NCBI RefSeq assembly: GCF_018350175.1
Contig: NC_058368.1
Coordinates: 28,646,001 to 28,710,000, forward strand
From: Felis catus
Lineage: Eukaryota
Reading direction: 5' to 3'
DNA: 64,000 bases
The translations under genes and the position numbers were made by a program. This document shows positions 11,504-23,208 of this stretch, piece after piece. A model generated the notes under the pieces. It saw nothing but the letters and a program-made list of their open reading frames with translations. It had not been told where the DNA came from and ran no database searches. How positions within the stretch are numbered: the first letter of the stretch is position 1; each line of letters opens with the position of its first letter.

Positions 11504-13296
11504 AAAAATTTTTTATTTACATCCAAATTAGTTAGCATATAGTGCAACAATGATTTCAGTAGATTCCTTAGTGCCCCTTACCCATTTAGCCCAACCCCCC
11601 TCCCACAACCCCTCCAGTAACCCTCTGTTTGTTCTCCATATTGAAGAGTCTCTTATGTCTTGTCCCCCTCACTGTTTTTATATTATTTTTGTTTCCCTTT
11701 CCTTATGTTCATCTGTTTTGTCTCTTAAAGTCCTCATATGAATGAAGTCATATATTTGTCTTTCTCTAATTTTGCTTAGCATAATACCCTCCAGTTCCAT
11801 TCACGTAGTTGCAAATGGCAAGATTTCATTCTTTTTGATTGCTGAGTAATACTCCATTGCACGCGCGCGCGCGCGTGTGTGTATCACATCCATTCATCCA
11901 TTGATGGACATTTGGACTCTTTCCATACTTTGGCTATTGTTGATAGTGCTGCTATAAACATGGAGGTGCATGTGCCCCTTCAAAACAGCATTATCTGTAT
12001 CCCTTGGATAAATACCTAGTAGTGCAATTGCTGGGTCATAGGGGAGTTCTATTTTAATTTTTTGAGGAACCTCCATGCTGTTTTCCAGAGTGGTTGCACC
12101 AGCTTGCATTCCCACCAACAATGCAAAAGTGATCCTCTTTCTCCGCATACTCACTAGCATCTGTTGTTGCCTGAGTTGTTACTGTTAGCCATTCTGACAG
12201 GTGTGAGGTGGTATCTCATCGTGGTTTTGATGTGTATTTCCCTGATGATGAGTGATATTGAGCATTTTATCATGTGTCGGTTGGCCACTTGGATGTCTTC
12301 TATGGAGAAGTGTCTATTCATGTCTTTTGCCCATTTCTTCACTGGATTATTTGTCTTTGGGGTGTTGAGTTTGATAAGTTCTTTATAGATTTTGAATACT
12401 AATCCTTTATCTGATATGTTGTTTGCAAATATCTTCTCCCATTCCATCGGTTGCCTTTTAGTTTTGCTGATTGTTTCCTTTGCTGTGCAGAAGCTTTTTA
12501 TTTTGATGAGGTCCCAGTAGATTTCAGGAGTAGATTCCTTAATGCCCCTTACCCATTTAGCCCCTTACCCCTTTCCCTTACCTCCGGAGACGTGTTGAGT
12601 AAGAAGTTGCTGCGGCCAAGATCAAAGAGGTTTTTGCCTGCTTTCTCCTCGAGGATTTTGATGGCTTCCTGTCTTACATTTAGGTCTTTCATCCATTTTG
12701 AGTTTATTTTTGTGTATGGTGTAAGAAAGTGGTCCAGGTTCATTCTTCTGCATGTCACTGTCCAGTTTTCCCAGCACCACTTGCTGAAGTGACTGTCTTT
12801 ATTCCAGTGGATATTCTTTCCTTCCTTGTCAAAGATGAGTTGGCCATACGTTTGTAGGTCCATTTCTGGGTTCTCTATTCTGTTCCATTGATCTGAGTGT
12901 CTGTTCTTGTGCCAGTACCATACTGTCTTGATAATTACAGCTTTGTAGTATAGCTTGAAGTCTGGGATTGTGATGCCTCCTGCTTTGGTTTTCTTTTTCA
13001 AGATTGATTTGGCTATTCGGGGTCTTTTCTCGTTCAATACAAATTTTAGGATTATTTGTTCTAGCTCTGTGAAGAATGTTGGTGTATTTTGATAGGGATT
13101 GCATTGAATATGTAGATTGCTTTGGGTAGTATTGACATTTTTATAAAATTTGTTCTTCCTATCCAGGAGCATGGAATCTTTTTCCATTTTTTTGTGTCTT
13201 CTTCAATTTCTTTCATAAGCTTTCTACAGTTTTCAGCATATAGATTTTTCACCTCTTTGGTTAGATTTATTCCCAGGTATTTTATGGTTTTTGGTG
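11504..13296 (-). mobile_element. 5'-truncated carnivore/felid L1 (~1.8 kb)
   Basis: ORF2 C-terminal peptides ([25 protein letters not shown]) plus 3'UTR. TSD TCATCTTAACTCTTTTT at 11487-11503 and 13297-13313. Confidence 0.93.
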
Positions 13297-13313
13297 TCAT
13301 CTTAACTCTTTTT

Positions 13314-13533
13314 AAAAAAATTTTTTTTCAACGTTTTTATTTATTTTTGGGACAGAGAGAGACAGAGCATGAATGGGGGAGGGGCAGAGAGAGAGGGAGA
13401 CACAGAATCAGAAACAGGCTCCAGGCTCTGAGCCATCAGCCCAGAGCCTGACGCGGAGCTTGAACTCACGGACCGCGAGATCGTGACCTGGCTGAAGTCG
13501 GACGCTTAACCAACTGCGCCACCCAGGTGCCCC
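13314..13533 (-). mobile_element. Young felid SINE (SINEC_Fc-like)
   Basis: CpG-rich near-consensus copy with short flanking repeat ACTCTT. Confidence 0.93.
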
Positions 13534-13559
13534 TACTCTTAATATCTCTTACAACATGC

Positions 13560-15480
13560 TTATATTGCTACTTTGTGAGTTTTCAATTTTAGGTGTTTTC
13601 TTGAGTTTTCAGTTTTAGGCATTATCTATTGATTTTTTACTTTAGTAGATGGGAATTTAGCTCGGCCCTCACCAGTCACTATCCTCCTATCTTATTAGTG
13701 CAGTTATAATTTCAGCTAGCTTAATATTCAATGTTTATATCATTATCATTACAAAATGTCAGTCACAGTTAAGCCACATACTATATTATCCTTTACCTTT
13801 CCTGCACATTCCGTTTTCCTTGAAATTTATAATTTGTTCATTTAGTTTTTCATGGCTTCCTTATTAACTCACTAACTAGGGTTGTTGTCTATTTTCTTGA
13901 TAATACTAAATGACTTTGATTTTCTTGAAGTCTCTTTGAATGCTCTAACCAGATCCTATGGAGACTATGGCCTTTTGGCCTGCCACATAGCCATCTCCTT
14001 TGGATCTCTCTTCACTGTCAATTAGGAATCTCCTTTTCCTTTTCCCTGTGCTACATCTTTATCTCCCAAGGTCACATGTCTTTCTCTTTCTTGGCTTCCT
14101 CTCTCTCTTCCTGAGAAAAGGTGAATTGAAATACATTGTTTGTGAGATTTTTACATGTCTGAAATGTCTCTCTTCTACCTTCACTCTTAATTGACAGTTT
14201 GGCTGGGTATATAATTCTTGAAAATAATTTTCTTTCAGAATTTTGAAGGCATTGCTTCATTGTCTTCTGGCTTCCTCTATTGCTATAGCAGGCAAATATC
14301 TCCTTGGGGACAGATGTAATGTATAGAGTATACTTCTTGCTCTAATGTACCCATAAATAAAAAACACACCATGTATGCATTCAACATTCAAAAAATTTAA
14401 GTATTTCAACTCAGTGCAAAAGTAAAATAAAAAGTTACCTTATTGCCATCCTAGTTATGCTTTAATAAACAGGCACCTGGGGTTATATTGTCTCCCTCTT
14501 TTCCTTTTGGGTATGACTTTGGAAGTTCAATGCTATTCTGATTCTTAATTCTTGATATAAAGCCTGATTTTTCTTCCTGAAAGCTGGCAAATTTTTTCTT
14601 TCTTGTCAGTTTACTGAAATTTCACAAACAGCTTCCTTTGGCTAAGCCCTTTTAATTTGAACACTTGCTTCCTTCATTTGTGGGAAATTTTCTTGAATTT
14701 TGATGATTTCCTTCCCTGTTCATTCTGTTCTTTATTTCAGAAACCCTTGAACTCTGAAACTCATGTATTAGAACTCCTGGACTGATCCTTTAATTTTTAA
14801 ACCTTTTCTTTTTCTTTTCTTAATATTTCTGTTCCTTTTTCTGGGAGACTTAATTCAACTTTATTTTCCAACATTTCTCTTGAGTTCACTTTATTTCTGC
14901 TACAAAAATTAGTCTTTACACATAACTAAATTTTGTTTTTGCTTATTCTTTTATCTTTGCTTTCCATGTCATTAATTTTTGTTTGTCTTTAGTATTCCTT
15001 CTTTCAACTTCCTTTGGATTTAATATGTTATTCTTTTTCATACTTTTTAAGTTGAAAGGTTAGTCCATTAAATTTTTAGCCTCTAAGTACAGGAAAACTT
15101 TAGCTGCACATCACAGGATTTAATAGGAGGCATTTTCACTATTGTTCAGTTCCAAGTGTTTTCTAATTTTATTTTCTTTTTTGACCCATGAGTACACAGA
15201 AACATATCTATATCTGAAAAAAGTCATAAAATTGATTTCTCACTTAATTGCATTAAGATCTGAAATTGTGTTCTCTGTTCTTTGATTTTTGTTGAAACAT
15301 GCTTTATAGCCTTTAACATAACTCATTTCTAATGTTCTATTTATTCTGGCAGATAATGTGCACCCTTCAACTTATGCTTGCCATTTTTTTGTGCATTAAT
15401 CAAATAGAGCTTATTAATTGTGCTGTGCAAATATCCTATATAATGACTGAGTCCATCTAAATTAAAATTATGGCTTATAT
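13560..15480 (-). mobile_element. Degenerate ancient L1M fragments
   Basis: T-rich sequence with ORF1-like remnant RIIYPAKLSIKSEG (14072-14260). Confidence 0.65.
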
Positions 15481-16488
15481 TTTTCTTCATAGCAATCAAA
15501 TCCTGTATATTCAGGCATCAAACCCATCTAAATTTCAGGCAGAAGCCACAAAGTCTTAAGGAAAAAAAATCTATCTAGAATCAAGCAGATAGATGTGATA
15601 CCTTTTTGTCTACCTCAGCAATTTCCCCCCTAGTTTACCATTTGTGTAGACGTTTTCCCGTCCTGGTTTATGCTGGGGTCTTTAGTCCACTCCCTGTCCT
15701 GTGTGTCACCTAAAGCTATAGGCACCTGGGACAGTAGAGGTTATCAGGGCATCCAGCACCTTTGGTGATTCCTCACCCTCCCAGACTCTTCCTCCCAGAT
15801 TTACTCGTCGACTTACAGAATTTCCCCTACTTTCTCATAAGCTTCCAAGTTCATTTTAAGTTCTGCTTTAAACTATTTTTTCCAGCATTAAGTGTTTGCA
15901 GGGGATGGGGGTTCTTCTAGTGTATCTTTCTTACCCTTTCTTACCCTTTTCATCTCTCTCTCTCTGAACTTCTCATGTTCTTGCTCACTTTTATTTCATA
16001 AAGGCTATGTATTCTTGTATCCTTAACCATGGTAAGTGGCATTTTCCCCCCTCAGCAGGGTAATAAATTTTCAGTGATTTATGTACCTCCTAAATTGACA
16101 TGCTATTTTATTTTCTTTGTTCCATAGTATACTATTTTTAAAATGGATTCCATTATCCTCTTTTTTACTTAATTTTGGATACAGAATGTTCTACCTAGCC
16201 TGACCTGGTGTTTGCCAGCAGACAGACTGGTCAAATTGTCTTTGGCCCTCGTTTGTCTCCTTGTGTGCTGGTGGAATCCCCTTCACAGATCTTAAGATCT
16301 AGCAGGGTATGGATCTTGTGGTTCTGTTGGGTTCCTTCCTATTCTCTGAATAGATGGGAGTTCAAGAACTCTCCAGTTTAAAGTCTTCTCAGGGCTGCTA
16401 TTCTTGCCATGTCCTTGTCTAAAATCATTTCATGATGTAAAGGGGCTATCACCTGTTCTTTCCTCTCTTCTCCAAGTCCCTGTTCAGA

Positions 16489-16575
16489 TTTTATTTTATT
16501 TTATTTTATTTTATTTTATTTTATTTTATTTTATTTTATTTTATTTTATTTTATTTCATTTCATTTTATTTTATT
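16489..16575. repeat. (TTTTA)n microsatellite
   Basis: Direct reading. Confidence 0.95.
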
Positions 16576-16719
16576 GTGGATAAGGGGAGAGCACTCATAA
16601 ATTGTTTTAGAAAAAGTGCTGAAGAGGATGAACAGGTGGGACAGACTTAGAGTAAAACAATGGAGAGAACTGTTATCTAGTTTTATGACTAAAACGTGTG
16701 GCATGCAGGTTATCTCTTA

Positions 16720-16865
16720 TAGGTATTGCCAAGAATGCACATTCTTGGGCCTTTTCAGACCTACTAAGTCAGAATCTCAGGGTGGGGAGTGAAGCCTGAG
16801 AATCTATAGTGTAACAAGTTCTCCAGATGATCAGGATGCACACTGAATTTTGGGAAGCACAGGTG
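16720..16865. mobile_element. MER5-like hAT-Charlie MITE
   Basis: atgcacattcttgggcc...cagacctactaagtcagaatctc...taacaagttctccagatgat. Confidence 0.7.
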
Positions 16866-19162
16866 CAGACCTGTGATTTCCCAGGAGGGTGAACAGTAAG
16901 GAGGGATGAAGCACCTACCTTTTAAAAATAAGACATAGCATTATTAATTATTAATATTAATAATTATTAATATTATTAGATTATATTATAGATTATAGAT
17001 TATAACATATATATATTATAGATTATTAAATGAATTTTCCAATGAGTTACATTAATATGGTAGGAAAAATATTTCTTCTGGACTCTGGAAAAAGGTTGAC
17101 AATCCCAGTTTTTGGTAGCTTGGCTTTTTTTTTTTTTTTTTTTTTTTTTAAGTATGTGACCAGTTATTTTAGTGAGAATTTGAGAGAAATTACACAGAGG
17201 TTGTGATAGACGTCTTTTTAAATCAAGGACCTTTGGTTTATCTTTCAAACATTGCTGAGGTCTACTTTTCCCCATTCAGACTCATTGCCACCGGCTGGGG
17301 TTCACTGTTTCAAGCAGAGACTATTTTTACTGCCACATAGCTAGAATTTGATGCTTCCTTTCTTACTTACTCAATTCACAATTCATTTCGTATCTAAAAC
17401 ATGATCAAAACATCCAGGGGACCCAATCTACCTATATGATGAAGTCCAACTTTCCAACCTCATCAAGCCATTCAAGGTTTTTCATTGTATAATCTTTTCC
17501 TCCCCCACTCGTGTTCTCCTAAGATTATGCCTTTTTCACCTGGCTGGTCTCTTTGTCCCTATAAATTGACAATGCTTGTCAGGACTCCAAGCCCCTGCTT
17601 CTGCTCTATACCCACTTCTTTGTTTATCCAAATCTAAAGTGGAATTCAACGTAAAGCTCAGGTGTCATTTTTTTCTCTGGCTCAAATTTCCCCTCATATT
17701 GCAGATCTGTCACTCTAAAATATCTTCATTTTCCCATTTCCTGGAGGTTAATATGTAAACTCTTTCACCTCACATACAACATGGCCCCAATTTCTCTTTC
17801 CAGGCTCATCTCTACAAACTTTTATGTACTTGACCTCCAGACACAGTGAATCACTGATTCTCAGTCTTGCCATGTATATCCAGCTTTCTGTACATTTGTC
17901 CATGCTTTTCCTACTGCAAGATATGACTTGCCCTTTTCTCCACTTGAAAAGATCTCAACTATCCTTCAAGACCCACTTTAATCATTAAATTCTCTGTGAA
18001 ACCTCACTGACCTCTCCCTGGTGAAGCACTCTAGCCCAGAGTACCTTGAGTCTAAACATCCTAAACATGTAGTGTCCTACACATTGTATTATAACTCATT
18101 TGTGTATTTGTCTTCTGCACTTGATGTGAGCCCATGACTACATAGTACCCAGAAGGGTACCATTTATACCACAGTTGCTTGAAAAATGTTGTTTGTAAAC
18201 CTGTATTGATTTCCCCATTGCCTCGACTCCAAGAGCTTTTAGCACTTTGCTAAATTACCTTACATTGTTTCTCTACTGTTTCAAGTGTGCACTGGATTCC
18301 AGTAAGATTAAGTAGAGATGTCCTAATCAAGGAACTTAATTTCTCCAGCCTCAGTTTCTTCACCTATGAAACAGGATAGATAATAAAGGCCTGTGTGAAA
18401 TGAAGTAATGCTTTGAAGTATTTAGCATAATACCTGGCACACAGTATGAACTCAAAGTGGAAAAACATTTCATAAACTCCTACATCTTACATTTCTGTCC
18501 TTTTCTCCTAGCAGTCTCATAGGGCTGTAGTGAAGATTATAGGAGAACATGCATATGAAACCATGTTGCAATGTACTATGCAAACATTTACCTTGATTTT
18601 CAGCCCCTTAACTAGGTTAGAAGCCTGTTGCAGCCTTCACCCTTTAGGTCCAAGGCCTCGACAAGATGCACAAAGCCTTATCCAGCACTGTTTTTCTTTT
18701 ACAGCCACCCATCACCTCTCAGCACCTGTCACAGGGTTATGACACGGCAGGTGCTCAATACAGATTTACAGATAGGGACAACTCCAGAATTACCAAGGCC
18801 TCTAACTGCAAGTGAAGCCTTCTGCATTCTTTTGGTTTGCTGTTGGTTTGGAGTAACCTGATTTAAACATTTTGCGTTGGCCAATTCACTCCTGACATTT
18901 TGGAGATGCTGTGGAGACATTTGGAGATATTAGGCTTAGTCTGCTTTGTGGTAGGACCTCTTCTGCCTTTGGCATGTGTGACAGGGAGTCAGCTTTAACC
19001 AGTGTCCTACTTTTTTCTCTTACTAACGACATAAATTATGTTTATATAACACTTCCACCGCAGAATGACTGAACAAGTACTTGATTTGGGTCCTTTCTGA
19101 CATTTTGACAATTTGTATAAATCACCAAGATGTGAGTTTTGCCTTTAAAATACAAGACAACA

Positions 19163-19367
19163 GGGGCGCCTGGGTGGCTCAGTCGGTTAAGCTTCCCACT
19201 TCGGCTCAGGTCATGATCTCATGATCCGTGAGTTCGAGCCCCGCGTTGGGCTCTGTGTTGACAGCTCAGAGCCTGGAGCCTGTTTCAGATTCTGTGTCTC
19301 CCTCTCTCTGACCCTCCCCCATTCATGCTCTGTCTCTGTCTCAAAATTACATAAACATTAAAAAAAA
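19163..19367 (+). mobile_element. Felid SINE ~700 bp upstream of the VWA8 ATG
   Basis: TSD TAAAATACAAGACAACA at 19146-19162 and 19368-19384. Confidence 0.93.
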
Positions 19368-19689
19368 TAAAATACAAGACAACAAGCTTACAGGGAAAAA
19401 AAAAAGATAAAGGACAAGGCTTTCAAATGCTGTATGGAAACACAGGTATGGTTACAATGCATGGAAATAGGTGAGAGTTCCCACAACCTCCAGGGTACGG
19501 ACTCAATTTCTGAAAAGGATTTGAAGCAGCCTACAGGAAAAGGGCAATAAGACTGGGCCATTAACCAAGAAAGGAAGGGAAGACTTGGTAAAAGCATCTG
19601 AAGAGTCACACCATTAAATAGTCCTAGTACCCGGGGGCATTTCCTGAACTCCGAGTTTACAGGACTACAGGGGAACGACTGGAAGCCGG

Positions 19690-20420
19690 CCTGGTGAAGC
19701 CAGGTGAACCGACGCAGGTGCGGGCGAGGCCCGCACCAGAGCCAAGTCCCCCCAGCTCCGCCGCAGAGGCACCCGGGCGGCCTGTAGGACTCAGCGCTCA
19801 GCCGCACCTGCTCCGGGTCGTCCCTCGGCGGCGGGTGCGGACTTCCCGGGCTCGCGCTTCTCGGGCTCCCTCGGTCCGCTTGGGGTCCGCTTGGGGTCCG
19901 GCCGGCCCGAGACTGCCGAGCCGGCCGCGCCGGGGGAAGGAGTTTCCGGCGGACGCAGCGCGGAGCCGCTTCCTGTCCCGCTCGCCGCGCCGCCTCACTC
20001 TGCCCGTCCCGGACGCGGCTCGCGCGGGACCCGCTCCCCTGCCCCGGCAACACGTCCGGCCCCATGCAGTCGCGGCTTCTGCTCCTCGGGGCGCCCGGCG
20101 GCCACGGCGGCCCGGCCGCGCGGCGCATGCGGCTGCTCCTGCGGCAGGTGGTGCGGGGCAGGCCCGGCGGAGACGGGTGCGGGTCGGAGGTCAGACTGCT
20201 GCATGCCGGGGCGGGGGCCGACACAGGTAACCCCGGGACGTCCCCGCCGCCCCTGCGGTCTGTGCGGGGCCCCTGCGGTCCTCTGCACCCCACTCCCTCC
20301 TGCTTCGCTTGGGAAGGAGCGCCGCGCGGGAAGCCAAGACATAAGACATTCTAGTTTCCACCTCGCGGCTAACTGCTGTGTATCGCGAGGCAAGGCGCTT
20401 GCACTCTCTGGGCCTCATTC
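19690..20420. promoter_or_regulatory. CpG-island promoter of VWA8
   Basis: Very GC- and CpG-dense, no obvious TATA box, spans the start codon. Contains GC-box-like GGGCGG, ETS-like TTCC cores, an NRF1-like GCGCATGCG near 20123 and TATCGCGAGG at 20381-20390. Confidence 0.9.
20064..20226 (+). CDS. VWA8: VWA8 coding exon 1 (163 nt; N-terminal mitochondrial-type targeting peptide)
   Basis: ATG at 20064 in a CpG island gives MQSRLLLLGAPGGHGGPAARRMRLLLRQVVRGRPGGDGCGSEVRLLHAGAGADT(G), which I recognise as the VWA8/KIAA0564 N-terminus. Ends at donor ACAG|GTAACC, phase 1. Confidence 0.96.
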
Positions 20421-20474
20421 TGTAGTCCGAGGGATCTGGGCTAAGGTTTATGATGACCTGGAATAGTGCATTCG

Positions 20475-20497
20475 CCCCCCCCCCCCCCCCCCCCCCC
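20475..20497. repeat. C23 homopolymer
   Basis: Direct reading. Confidence 0.9.
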
Positions 20498-22975
20498 GCT
20501 GCTTTTATCCCTGGGATGCTGATTTGGACTACAGTACACGCTGGGGTTTAATACAGGAGCCCTCAGAAATTGTTGAAACCTGGGATTGACCTTGCTCGCA
20601 GAGTGTCAAGGGCCTGGAAGCCAGTCTGTGTCATGTTCCAACCAGGGCTAGTGGCGGCTTAGAAGTGTACGTTCTCGCCAAGGATCCCATCGTTAACAGT
20701 GTTTTAAATGTATACGCAAGGCTTTCTGAATTTTCCAGGAGTTTTCCTTTCCCAAAGTGTTCACATCTTATTAGAGCCGAAAATCACAACTTAATTTTAA
20801 AACTCCTGACTGTACCATTGAGGTAATTTAGACCCAGAAGGAAAAACTGGCTTGCAGGAGATCACACAGCTAGTGACTGCTTTAGAATCACGTGTCTGAT
20901 TTCTCAACTCAGCCTTTTTTTTTTTTTTTTTTTTTCCCTTTTGGTTATACTAGAGCTGGTTTTCAGAATCTTTTTTTGTTACATGCTGGAGTTAAAGCAT
21001 TTGTGCTGGTTAAGGGGGAGGATGTATGTTGTTGGCTGTTCTTGAATGGCAAAGTGATTCTAGGCAAGATTTTGTCAGTGTCATTGCTGCTTAGAATACC
21101 AGAGGTTTTTACTTGGAAGTTGTAGGTTTCATTGTTCTTGCAAAGACTGGCCCCAATAATTTTCCTTGCCAGGTTTAGGTCCCGTATGTTCCATCCATTC
21201 ATTCATTTACTGAACAATTTTTTTTTTTCATTTTCTGTGGAGTTGTGATTTCGAATTTTGCTCCTTTACCAGTTATTGTGACTATTGTGATATTAAGAGT
21301 TTTTTGTTTGTTTGTTGCTTCTTTGTCCTAGAAAGCAGGGAGGACAAGGGTGGAAGTGCAGCATAATCTGTAACTTGGGCTTTGGAGTTAAACAGTATGG
21401 GTTTGGAGTCCATTTCTACACCATCTGGATATGGAGATCTGAGGGTGGGTTGCTTAATTTTGTGTCCCAGTTTTCTTAAATGAGGATAAAAAGAGTATAT
21501 TTGATAGGATTATTATGAGGATTTAATTAGTTCATATAATTCCTGGCACATGTTAACATTCAATAAAAGTTAGCTTATTATTCTTAGTATATATATTTTT
21601 AGCTATGGGAGAGTTGTTCTGTTTCTTTGGCTTTAGATGAAATGAAACCAGTTACTTTAGGTTTAAAACTATCAGCTAGCTGGCTAGGCATATGGGAAAA
21701 AGTTAAGTCATATGACCTTTAAAAAAAAATGGTCTTTGTACATGAATAATACGTGGTGATTATAAAAACATTAAAACTGTCCTCAACATTATGTCCAACA
21801 AATCAAAGTACAGGCTTTGCTTAAAATGTGAGGCTCATGAACACATTATAGACAACATATTAACTTCTTAGACTTAGTCATTGACTGGCAGAATCAGACC
21901 ACAAGGAGTAAATTGTGCTAAACTTACTTGCCTTGCTGTTGCAAAGATGCCCAATGTTGCAGGTGTGAAGACTGAGTAAATTCATTTGGAACCTTATGAG
22001 AGATCTGGACTCTATTAAGAACAGCTGAGAGCCAGGTAAATCGGAGGCAAGCTCTTGGCTACTCTGGGACATAATGTTGGTCATAAAGGTTGGAGTGTCT
22101 CATTTTGAACCAGAGGTCATACATAGACAAAATAAAAGCCACAAATAGCACTGTGATGTAATGAATTACAATTTAGATTGGAAAGATGCTCCCAGCTGCA
22201 TATACACATGTGGCCAGTAACTCATCTCTGCATGTAATTGACCTTGCTTCCTTGTAGATTGGAAAAAGAGCATTGGGGTACATAAGCAGTAGATTCATGT
22301 TCTATACTGTTCTTATCTTTCCTGGACTGTATGTGTGTCTTATTTATCTTTATATTCCTTTGGTACCTGTCAACACTTTGTATCGTGTTGACACGATACA
22401 AGCACTCAGTGACTTATAATACTAAAATTCATACAGAGAAGGAAACCAGGTACTTTAGGTTTAAAACTATCAGAGTTTTAACTATCTCCTTCCAGGAGAG
22501 GCTGGAATTGCCTTGTTGGCTTTCAAGATAGGAGCTTTATAAAGGCTGGTAAAGAAGAGAGGGTCATTTATGTTAAAAAAAAAAAAATACCCAAACCCAC
22601 TGCCTTTTGTCCTTTGCTATTGGATAGTTTTAAGTATCGATAATTTGTAAATTCTTTGTATCTCTTTATGCTTCAATTGGTAGTGTTGTCTCTTAGTTTT
22701 AGGAACAAAGAGGCTTACAAGGAGGTTAGCTACTGCAAAGAATTTTCAATAAAGATTATTGTAGGGTTTCACAGATGGAGGCAAGTAAATTGGCTCAGTG
22801 GGACTCTGACAGTAAACTGTTTAGATATACCATGGAGCAGGCTCAAATGATAAACCTGGAAGCATAACTCTGTGTAATCCACCATGACATGTTTAGTGCT
22901 GTCATTGTTATTAAAGGGACTCTGTTTTATCTTTTATGACTTTTGTATATTAATACATTTGATAAAGGAATCTTT

Positions 22976-23208
22976 TTTTTTTTAATTTTTTTTTCAACGT
23001 TTTTTTATTTATTTTTGGGACAGAGAGCGACAGAGCATGAACCGGGGAGGGGCAGAGAGAGAGGGAGACACAGAATCGGAAACAGGCTCCAGGCTCCAGG
23101 CTCCGAGCCATCAGCCCAGAGCCCGACACGGGGCTCGAACTCACAGACCGCGAGATCGTGACCTGGCTGAAGTCGGACGCTTAACCGACTGCGCCACCCA
23201 GGCGCCCC
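22976..23208 (-). mobile_element. Young felid SINE
   Basis: TSD GATAAAGGAATCTTT at 22961-22975 and 23209-23223; internal extra CCAGGCT unit. Confidence 0.94.

Noticed and set aside
19388..20466. Long overlapping ORFs (301, 191, 178 and 132 aa) on both strands
   Set aside because: Pro/Arg/Gly/Ala-rich products expected from a stop-poor CpG island; only the 20064 frame matches a known protein and has a proper donor.
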